Source of the DNA: Pseudomonadota bacterium
GTDB lineage: Bacteria > UBA10199 > 2-02-FULL-44-16 > JAAZCA01
Direction of reading: 5' to 3'
Length of the DNA stretch: 36,108 nt
Assembly: GCA_043798915.1 (NCBI GenBank)
Contig: JAZDOG010000097.1
Location: 1-36,108, forward strand
The notes below the pieces were generated by a model. That model did not search any database. It was given only the letters and a program-made list of their open reading frames with translations, and was not told the origin of the DNA. Numbering within the stretch: position 1 is the first letter of the stretch; every line of letters starts with the position of its first letter. Position numbers and translations under genes: made by a program. This document shows positions 19,071 to 26,440 of the stretch, in pieces.

Positions 19071-19135
19071 TGTCATTCCCGCGAAAGCGGGAATCCCGTG
19101 GATACAATGAGATTCCTGCTTTCGCAGGAATGACA
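19071..19135. repeat. REP-like palindromic dimer, copy 2 (inverted relative to 5296-5360)
   Basis: TGTCATTCCCGCGAAAGCGGGAATC-15 nt-GATTCCTGCTTTCGCAGGAATGACA between smc and ftsY. Confidence 0.9.
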
Positions 19136-19167
19136 TGCATGTGGCAATAACTCCACTATTTACCCAG

Positions 19168-20022
19168 ATGTCAATAATCTCAAAAATTCCATTTGGCGGG
19201 AGGCTCTCGGCCCTGTTCCGCAGGTCCGCTCCGGACGAGGGTTTCTGGGAGGAGCTCGAAAAGACGCTCGTCGAGGCGGATGTCGGGGTCGATGCTGCGG
19301 CCGGCTTCATGGAGTCCGTGCGCGGCGGAAGGACAGTGGAGGACGTGAAGCGCCTTCTGGCTTCACTGCTGTCCGGACTCTTCGTGGCCAGGGGTGAGGG
19401 GGCGGATGCTTCCCCGCGCGTCATCCTCGTGTTGGGAGTGAACGGCGTCGGCAAGACGACGACGATCGCGAAGCTCGCGCGCCTGTATCAGGGCGAAGGC
19501 AAGCGCGTGCTGCTCGTAGCCGCCGATACGTTCCGCGCCGCGGCGGTGGAACAGCTCAAGGAATGGGGCTCTCGCTTGGGGCTCGAGGTCGTGGCTCAAA
19601 GGGAGGGGGCAGACGCAGCGGCGGTGGCCTTCGACGGCGTGCAGAAGGCCAGGGCCAGGGGCCACGATATCGTGATCATCGACACGGCCGGCCGCCTCCA
19701 CACGAAGCAGAATCTGATGGAGGAGCTTAAAAAAATTTCGAGGGTGATAGACAAAGCCATGCCGGGCGCCCCGCATGAGCGCTGGCTGGTCCTCGACGCC
19801 ACGGTCGGGGCGAATGGACTGGCACAGGCGCGCCGGTTTCACGATGCCGTGGGCTTGACCGGCGCGATCGTAGCGAAGCTCGACGGGACGGCGAAGGGCG
19901 GCATCGTCTTCGCCGTCGCCTCGGAGCTCCGGCTGCCGATCACGCACATCGGCGTCGGCGAGCGGATGGAGGACCTTGAACCCTTCGACCCGCGAGCATT
20001 TGTCGATTCCATACTGAATTAA
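19168..20022 (+). CDS. ftsY: signal recognition particle receptor FtsY (NG domain only)
   Basis: LVEADVG, GVNGVGKTTTIAKLA, DTFRAAA, DTAGR, AKLDGTAKGG, IGVGE. Start uncertain; 19168 chosen because 19135 overlaps the REP. Confidence 0.95.
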   Translation: MSIISKIPFGGRLSALFRRSAPDEGFWEELEKTLVEADVGVDAAAGFMESVRGGRTVEDVKRLLASLLSGLFVARGEGADASPRVILVLGVNGVGKTTTIAKLARLYQGEGKRVLLVAADTFRAAAVEQLKEWGSRLGLEVVAQREGADAAAVAFDGVQKARARGHDIVIIDTAGRLHTKQNLMEELKKISRVIDKAMPGAPHERWLVLDATVGANGLAQARRFHDAVGLTGAIVAKLDGTAKGGIVFAVASELRLPITHIGVGERMEDLEPFDPRAFVDSILN

Positions 20023-20065
20023 CCGCGGCTCGACAATCCCTGAAAGATCAGTATAATCCCCCTTC

Positions 20066-21718
20066 ATGGAACAGTTCAGCTGGTCTACCCTCATAGGCGG
20101 CTTTGCGTTCTTTTTCTTTGGCTTGAAGAATGCGCGCAAGGGGCTCGAGGTCGTTGCAGGCGACAGGCTCCGCGCGGCCATGGGCAGGCTCGCCGGCAAC
20201 CGCCTCCTGGCGCTTGGCTTCGGCGCCTTCGTCACCCTCATACTCCAGAGTTCTGGCGCCACATCGGCGATGCTCATTTCGTTTACCGAGACGGGGCTCC
20301 TGACGCTCTTCCAGGCCGTGGCCGTCCTCCTTGGCGCTGATATCGGAACGACCGCCGTCGTGGTTCTCCTCTCGATCAAGGCGATCACCGACTTGGCGCT
20401 CATCATCGTCGCCGCCGGTTTTTTCGTGGAGATTCTGGCGAAGCGCCGCCGCACGCGCGAGATGGGGTCGATCGTGCTGGGGTTCGGCCTCATCTTCTAC
20501 GGCATGCATCTGATGTCCGCCGCGGCCGAGCCGCTCAAGGGGAGCGAGGTCGCGATGCAGGCCTTCGCGTTCCTCGCGGGCCATCCACTCGCGAGCATCA
20601 TCCTTGCGGCGATCCTCTCCGGCGCGATCCACTCGGCCGGGACGATCGGCATCGCCATAGCGCTCGCGTTCGCGGGCACGATATCGTTTGAGGCGGCGCT
20701 GCCGATAGTGCTGGGCGCGAACGTAGGCTCCTGCATCACGGCCGTGCTCGCGAGCCTGGGGTCGGGCGTCGAGGGGCGGCGCGTGGCGCTGGCGCATACT
20801 CTCTCGAAGGTGATCGGCGTGGCGCTGGTCTTCCCGTTCCTCCATCAGGCGGCGGGCGTTATCAACGGGGTGGACCACATAGTCCATGCGGTTTTCCCCG
20901 GCTATCAGACGGACGTCGCTGCGAAGATCGCGATCTCGCATATCCTCTTCAACGTCGGACTCGCCGTGGTTTTCCTGCCGCTGCTCACGCCGCTCGTGGC
21001 GCTCGTGCGCTTGATGCTTCCGGCTCCGCCGCCGAGGGAGGAGCCCTTCGGTCCCAAATACCTCGACAAGTCGGCGCTCGACACGCCCGCGCTCGCCTTC
21101 GCCCAGGCCAAGCGCGAGATCCTGCGCATCGGCAGCATATCGCAGCAGATTTTTGCCGATAGCCTCCGGATGTTCAGCAGGGGCGAGGATTTCAAGGAGG
21201 AGGTGGAGCGCATACAGGCCGCCGACGACAAGATCGACATCCTCGAAAAGGCGGTTCGCTTCTACCTTGCGGAACTCGCGGTGGAACGTTTCTCGGAGGA
21301 TCAGGCAAAGACCCAGCTGGCGCTCGTCGGAATCGCGGCGGACCTGGAGGAGATCGGCGACACGGTGTCGCGCGAGATGGCGCACCTGGCTGCCAAGAAG
21401 GCGAAGTGGCGCCGCATCTTTTCAGACGACGGCTGGCAAGACCTGAGAAATTTTCAGGCGATGGTGCTCGATAACTTCAACCTCATGATGTCGATGCTGG
21501 CGCAGCCCTCAGAGGAGATCGTGAGAAAGATCGAGCGCCATGAGGAGCACATGAACGAGGTGGAGCAGACGCTTCGCCAGGCGCACCTCACGCGCCTGCA
21601 CCAGGGCCTGCAGGAATCCTTCGACACGAGCTCGATACACCTGGATGTCCTTGCCAACATCAGGCGCGTCAATTCCAAGATAGCGCATATTGCAAAGATG
21701 GCGATGGACTCAAGGTAG
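20066..21718 (+). CDS. Na/Pi cotransporter family protein with C-terminal PhoU-like repeats
   Basis: QSSGATS and HSAGT repeats, LGADIGTT and LGANVGS, PKYLD..AL.TP.LA, DLEEIGD. Confidence 0.92.
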   Translation: MEQFSWSTLIGGFAFFFFGLKNARKGLEVVAGDRLRAAMGRLAGNRLLALGFGAFVTLILQSSGATSAMLISFTETGLLTLFQAVAVLLGADIGTTAVVVLLSIKAITDLALIIVAAGFFVEILAKRRRTREMGSIVLGFGLIFYGMHLMSAAAEPLKGSEVAMQAFAFLAGHPLASIILAAILSGAIHSAGTIGIAIALAFAGTISFEAALPIVLGANVGSCITAVLASLGSGVEGRRVALAHTLSKVIGVALVFPFLHQAAGVINGVDHIVHAVFPGYQTDVAAKIAISHILFNVGLAVVFLPLLTPLVALVRLMLPAPPPREEPFGPKYLDKSALDTPALAFAQAKREILRIGSISQQIFADSLRMFSRGEDFKEEVERIQAADDKIDILEKAVRFYLAELAVERFSEDQAKTQLALVGIAADLEEIGDTVSREMAHLAAKKAKWRRIFSDDGWQDLRNFQAMVLDNFNLMMSMLAQPSEEIVRKIERHEEHMNEVEQTLRQAHLTRLHQGLQESFDTSSIHLDVLANIRRVNSKIAHIAKMAMDSR

Positions 21719-21723
21719 GCTGA

Positions 21724-22071
21724 TTAAAAATCCTTCTGCGCGGTTTTCATCTTTTCCTGCTGCTTTGACAGGCGGGCGATGGCGGCGTCCAAGCGGCCGG
21801 CTTCTCTCTGCGCCAGCTTCACGCGGGGAAGCTTCTCGGCCTTCCTCAGTTCCTTGACCTTCTTGGTCTGGGCGACCAGGTGTTTTTTGGCGCGCTCGAT
21901 CTCCCGCCCCAGCTTCTCCGCGTTCCCGGCGAGGAATTTCTTGATGAACGCCTTATAGGCCGTCTCAAAGGCCTTCTTTCCCTCGGGGCTCGTCCTCTTG
22001 GTCTTCTTTTCCCGATGCTCCGGGTGCGCCTTCAAGAAATCCTGCCATGTGTATTTTTGACTGAGTGACAT
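21724..22071 (-). CDS. hypothetical basic (Lys-rich) helical protein
   Basis: AAGGAAGG RBS; 115 aa coiled-coil-like; convergent with the Na/Pi gene without overlap. Confidence 0.7.
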   Translation of the reverse strand: MSLSQKYTWQDFLKAHPEHREKKTKRTSPEGKKAFETAYKAFIKKFLAGNAEKLGREIERAKKHLVAQTKKVKELRKAEKLPRVKLAQREAGRLDAAIARLSKQQEKMKTAQKDF

Positions 22072-22174
22072 AATGCCTTCCTTATGTTTGAGGTCCTCAA
22101 ACGACGACGTGGGGGCGGTCTTTAGGCGATTTTCCCTTGTGAGTCAAGGAGTTTATTGGTATTCGGGGAGGCGT

Positions 22175-22933
22175 ATGCTCCTCGCCATCGATATCGGCAA
22201 CACGACCGCCACCCTGGGGTTATTCGATTCGAAGCGGCTCTGTGCCAGCTGGCGGATCCCTACAGCTGAATGCGCGGGGGTCAGGGTTGTGGCGCGGGCC
22301 GTTGCCTCGCGCCTCGGGAAGCGGCGGGGAGGCAGGGTCGACGGCGTCTGCATTGCGAGCGTGGTGCCTCGACTGGGCAGGGTCTTTCGCGATGCCTGCA
22401 GGGATCTCTTCGGCATCGGCCCTCTCTTTGCCACGCCCCGCACGGCCGGCATCCGGATCAGGCGCTATGACCGGCGGCAGATCGGCGCCGACCGCCTCGT
22501 GGGTGCGCTGGCAGCATATGCCCGTTGCAGGAGGGCCGTCATAGTCGTGGACGCGGGGACCGCCGTCACGTTCGATGCCGTGGATTCCTCAGGGGCATAT
22601 CTGGGCGGGGCGATTGCGCCGGGCATGCGGCTGGCGGGCCAAGCCCTCCGCGAGATGACCGCGAAACTCCCGTTTGTCAGCCTTAAGCGCGCGGGCCGCG
22701 CAATCGGCCGCACTACGCGCGAGTCCATCCGCTCCGGTATCTGCTTTGGATGGGGAGGGCTCGTCGATAATCTCGTTCGATCGATTGCCAAAGAGATGAA
22801 ATTAAGGCCGGTTGTGGTTGCCACGGGCGGAGATGCACGGCTTATTGCGAATGCATCGCAGACAATCGATCGCATCGTTCCTCATCTGATCCTCGAAGGG
22901 CTGAAGATTGTCTGGGAAAACAACAGGAAATAA
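22175..22933 (+). CDS. coaX: type III pantothenate kinase
   Basis: GGAGG RBS and MLLAIDIGNT; IASVVP, IGADR, VVDAGTAVTFD, GGAIAPG, VATGG. Confidence 0.95.
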   Translation: MLLAIDIGNTTATLGLFDSKRLCASWRIPTAECAGVRVVARAVASRLGKRRGGRVDGVCIASVVPRLGRVFRDACRDLFGIGPLFATPRTAGIRIRRYDRRQIGADRLVGALAAYARCRRAVIVVDAGTAVTFDAVDSSGAYLGGAIAPGMRLAGQALREMTAKLPFVSLKRAGRAIGRTTRESIRSGICFGWGGLVDNLVRSIAKEMKLRPVVVATGGDARLIANASQTIDRIVPHLILEGLKIVWENNRK

Positions 22934-22936
22934 AAT

Positions 22937-23005
22937 AAACGAAAGGGGACGTTTCTCCTGTTCATATGGTATTCTCGTGAAAAAGAGAAACGTCCCCTTT
23001 CGTTT
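22937..23005. repeat. perfect 21-bp inverted repeat with 27-nt loop (bidirectional terminator or REP-like element)
   Basis: AAACGAAAGGGGACGTTTCTC (22937-22957) and GAGAAACGTCCCCTTTCGTTT (22985-23005) fill the gap between convergent genes. Confidence 0.8.
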
Positions 23006-24864
23006 TATTGGCGTATGAATTTTGGTTTCAATATCATCATTTGTTTCTTGGCCTGCGCGCATTTTCCGCCGCTGCAGTTTCCACTCACGCAGTCCCCGGA
23101 TCCAGTGCAGCTCCCGCCGTCGCCCCAGCGGCATGCTTTGTGGCCCTGTTGATCCGCACAGCTGCTGCCGGGTGCGCATTCAAAATCGCCTTCGCAGGTG
23201 AGGGCGCCAATAGGCTTATAGACGCAATAGTTCAGAGCCACCTTGCAAAAATTGGTTGTGCACTCGCCATTGCTGCTGCACGAATCGCCCATAGCTTTGC
23301 CGCAGACATTCTTCTCACAGAATCCGGATGAGCACTCGGAGGCATCGGAACATGTGTCTCCGTTCTTTTTTAACATAACAGCGGGTATCAGCGCGCATTT
23401 TTTTTGCTGATCGCAAGATCCAGACAAACAATTGCCGTCGGTGGTGCACGGATTGCCGTCTGCGACGAAGCACGTGCCGCCGGAGCAGATATTATCGCTG
23501 CCGCAATCGCTCGCGATGTTGCAAGGTCCCCCGACCGGTTGGACGAAGGTGCCGCTTTGCGCTTTATCAGCGCAGAATAACGGGTAATCGATGTAGGTAT
23601 TTGAGTCGCCCGGGGCAGTTGATGCCAGTTGCAGTTTTCCGTTGACGTCGCATTTGCAGGATTGCTTTGGATCCCCATAACCTATCGGAAAGCCGTTGAT
23701 GCATTGCACGGGATAATCTTCGCTCCCATATCCGCACTGGATCGCGTACATCTTTGTCTCCCCGTTTTTACAGGTATATGAGGGCGGTTTTGCCGACGTG
23801 CTGTCTGCGCTCGTCTTCTTAATAACGCAGCCGGGCGTGCCGACATTTACACAGCAGGGTTGTCCAGTAGTCTCAAAGCACTGAAGCATATAGCGTATCG
23901 GTTCGCATATATGCTTTGCAATATTCGGGAACTCGAGGTTGCCTTCGAAGGTGTTGAAATTCGGGTGCGTCACTTTTATGCAGTACGGGCCATTGGACAG
24001 GCCAGGGACTTGTGCTTCTCCTGTAACGTCGGTTTTTGATGGAGTCCCGTAGTTGTCGTCGCAGTTGGCGGCGAACTGCACGCTGGCATCCTTTGTGGAC
24101 CCCCCATTCAAGTCGGTTACAAAGACGATGAGGTCTGAACGAGGTGGCTTGGTATCTGAAGGCAAAGGATTTTCGATGCAATTGTCTGTTTCGTAATAGA
24201 CGAGCATGTCCGGAGTATATTTGTCTCCTGTAACACATGCGCCAGTCGAGCAAACCTGGCCAGCAGGACAGCTTGTTATTTCAAATGCCTTATTGCTGCC
24301 ATCGCAGTAGAACTCTTTGATCTGATCCTGATTCACGCATTTATCATTTTTATCCTCATCGAGAGAAGGCACGGGTGTCCCGCCAATTTTTTCTGTGACA
24401 GTGCCTGCGACGGCTGTATTCTTCCCGCCATCGTTGTCTTCGCACGATTTCTGCTGGCAGGCGCCGTCTTTGCATGTGCGATCGGAATCGCAGTCGATGT
24501 CTTTCTCGATCAGTTTGTTGTTGTCGCAAGAGTATTTTTTTACCTTTTTATCATTGATGCACACATCACTGTGAGTCGTGGTGCTGTTGCTGGCCCCGGC
24601 ATAAAGTTCAACGGCACCCTTTCCATTGTCGGTGCATTTATCCGGGGCGGCTGGCTGCGTCCCCGCCGGGGGCCCCCGCCTGTAGAAGATTGATGGGAAC
24701 CACCGCTTGTAGAAGGGCATCGATTCAGCTGATTTTTTTACAGTGAGGCTTGGTGCCGCTGCCATCGTGCTCGGAGCGCTGATGGCGAACATCGTGCCCA
24801 GGACAACTATTGCGAGCAGTGCCTTGCAAAGGACCCGAACCCTGGTTGTCTTGTACGGTGTCAT
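23005..24864 (-). CDS. secreted cysteine-rich repeat protein
   Basis: GAGGGAGG RBS, ATG 24864 and a signal peptide. Two N-terminal Cys modules ending CxxGAC, a carboxypeptidase-regulatory-like beta domain (TDVTGEA...LSNGPYCIKVTHPNF), and C-terminal GxxC-x4-C-x-S-x2-C repeats. Confidence 0.8.
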   Translation of the reverse strand: MTPYKTTRVRVLCKALLAIVVLGTMFAISAPSTMAAAPSLTVKKSAESMPFYKRWFPSIFYRRGPPAGTQPAAPDKCTDNGKGAVELYAGASNSTTTHSDVCINDKKVKKYSCDNNKLIEKDIDCDSDRTCKDGACQQKSCEDNDGGKNTAVAGTVTEKIGGTPVPSLDEDKNDKCVNQDQIKEFYCDGSNKAFEITSCPAGQVCSTGACVTGDKYTPDMLVYYETDNCIENPLPSDTKPPRSDLIVFVTDLNGGSTKDASVQFAANCDDNYGTPSKTDVTGEAQVPGLSNGPYCIKVTHPNFNTFEGNLEFPNIAKHICEPIRYMLQCFETTGQPCCVNVGTPGCVIKKTSADSTSAKPPSYTCKNGETKMYAIQCGYGSEDYPVQCINGFPIGYGDPKQSCKCDVNGKLQLASTAPGDSNTYIDYPLFCADKAQSGTFVQPVGGPCNIASDCGSDNICSGGTCFVADGNPCTTDGNCLSGSCDQQKKCALIPAVMLKKNGDTCSDASECSSGFCEKNVCGKAMGDSCSSNGECTTNFCKVALNYCVYKPIGALTCEGDFECAPGSSCADQQGHKACRWGDGGSCTGSGDCVSGNCSGGKCAQAKKQMMILKPKFIRQ

Positions 24865-25041
24865 AGTTAGACCCTCCCTCACTGCGAGGTGCTGCAATTG
24901 TAATGCCACTTTTCGGATTTATAAAACATCAGCTAAAATGGACAATTGGAAGGGAACGCTCCCTGGCGATTTTGGAAATAGTCAAAGAATTGACGCCCAG
25001 ATTGAGAAAATTATCATTTTGAAAATAGCTGGATAGGCCGC

Positions 25042-26133
25042 TTATGCCAGCTGCGGGAAGAGCTTCTTGAGGACCGGGAGCGTCACCTTGCCGCCCTTGG
25101 TCTGCAGGCCCTTGGCCAGCACATGATCGGAGGCAATCGCCTTCTCGACACCCATGTCTGCGAGCTTCAGCGCATAAGGAATCGTCGCGGCGGTGAGCGC
25201 TTCGGTCGAGGTGTGCGGCGTGAGCGCCGGCATGTTGGGGACGGCGTAGTGGATCACGCCGTGCTTCACGTATGTCGGGTCGTCGTGGCTCGTGGCGCGG
25301 ATCGTCTCGATGCAGCCGCCCTGGTCGATGGACACATCTACGATCGCCGAGCCCGGCTGCATCTTTTTTACCATCTCCTCGGACACGACGTGCGGCGCGC
25401 GGTCGCCTGCGACGAGCACCGCGCCGACCAGGAGGTCGGCCTTCGCGACCCATTGGGCCACGGACTCGCTCGTCGACTTCACGGCCTTTATCTTTCCGCG
25501 ATAGGTCTCCTCGATTGACGCGATCCTGTCGTCGCTGATCTCAAGCACGACGGTCTCCGCCCTGAGGCCCATCGCCACCTCTGCGGAATTGAGGCCGACG
25601 TATCCGCCGCCGATCACGACCACGGTGCCGTGCCTCGTGCCGGTGACTCCTCCCAGGAGCAGCCCCTTGCCGCCGTGGTTTTTGTGCAGGAGATATGTGC
25701 CGATCTGCGTCGCCACGCGGCCAGCGACTTCGCTCATAGGGCGCAACAGCGGCAGGTGGCCGTCGTCCGTCTCGACTGTCTCATAGCCGATCGCAGTCAC
25801 CTTCGTCTCGCAGAGCGCCTTCGCCAGCTCCGGCACGCTTGCGAGATGGAGATACGTGAAGAGATTGAGTCCAGGGCGGAAGTAGCGGTATTCGCTCGTG
25901 AGCGGTTCCTTGACCTTGATGATCATGTCGGCGCTCTTCCAGATTTTTTCCGGATTGGCCTCGATCTTTGCCCCCGCCGATTCATATGCGGCGTCTGAAA
26001 AGCCGGAGAGCACCCCTGCGTCTCTCTCGACATGGACCGTGTGGCCTTTTTTTGTGAGCTGCGCTGCGCCATCGGGTGTGACGGCCACGCGGGTTTCCTG
26101 AGTCTTTATCTCCTTCGGGACGCCGATGATCAT
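25042..26133 (-). CDS. ald: alanine dehydrogenase
   Basis: GAGGAGG RBS; MIIGVPKEIK, KVKEP, FTYLHLA, PLLRPMSEVAGR, IGGGYVG, DVSIDQGG, YAVPNMP. Confidence 0.97.
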   Translation of the reverse strand: MIIGVPKEIKTQETRVAVTPDGAAQLTKKGHTVHVERDAGVLSGFSDAAYESAGAKIEANPEKIWKSADMIIKVKEPLTSEYRYFRPGLNLFTYLHLASVPELAKALCETKVTAIGYETVETDDGHLPLLRPMSEVAGRVATQIGTYLLHKNHGGKGLLLGGVTGTRHGTVVVIGGGYVGLNSAEVAMGLRAETVVLEISDDRIASIEETYRGKIKAVKSTSESVAQWVAKADLLVGAVLVAGDRAPHVVSEEMVKKMQPGSAIVDVSIDQGGCIETIRATSHDDPTYVKHGVIHYAVPNMPALTPHTSTEALTAATIPYALKLADMGVEKAIASDHVLAKGLQTKGGKVTLPVLKKLFPQLA

Positions 26134-26154
26134 TTGAAACCTCCTCATTTAAAT

Positions 26155-26230
26155 TCCCCTCCTTTGTAAGGAGGGGCCGGGGGAGGTAGGTCTACCCCAC
26201 CCTGACCCTCCCCTTACAAAGGGGAGGGGA
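26155..26230. repeat. REP-like palindromic dimer of a second family (CCCCTCCTT..AAGGAGGGG arms)
   Basis: Left arm TCCCCTCCTTTGTAAGGAGGGGCCGGGGGAGGTAG; right arm reverse complement TCCCCTCCCCTTTGTAAGGGGAGGGTCAGGGTGGGGTAG; lies just upstream of the ald RBS. Confidence 0.8.
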
Positions 26231-26400
26231 CTGCTGTTGACGTGATGCTTTAACGCGAAGCAAAGCCCGAGGTCAATCCCTATTCGATTTGGCAAATTTG
26301 ATAAAAAGCTTAAATTACAACAGGTTATGAAATTATTGACGCAGTGCGCCGTGCGCCATGCCGCAGGGCGCCTGGTTTTCCGCTCCGAAGCCAATAATTT

Positions 26401-26429
26401 ACGCAACAATTTGCGCCGGCTGCCGATAC
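26401..26429 (+). promoter_or_regulatory. sigma28/FliA-like promoter motif ACGCAAC-N14-GCCGATAC
   Basis: One of three copies with identical spacing; ends 11 nt before ATG 26441. Confidence 0.65.
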
Positions 26430-26440
26430 GTAGACACAAG

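Noticed and set aside
10102..20022. glyQS-ppdK and smc-ftsY adjacencies as novel associations
   Set aside because: Both are common bacterial gene neighbourhoods.
19363..21385. Minus-strand ORFs 19363-20493 and 20048-21385
   Set aside because: Antisense shadows of ftsY and the Na/Pi cotransporter.
24910..24940. TCCGAAAA upstream of the Cys-rich gene as a fifth FliA-like promoter
   Set aside because: The -10 is degenerate and the -35 position reads TTAGC rather than GCAAC or TAAA; too weak without a PWM.
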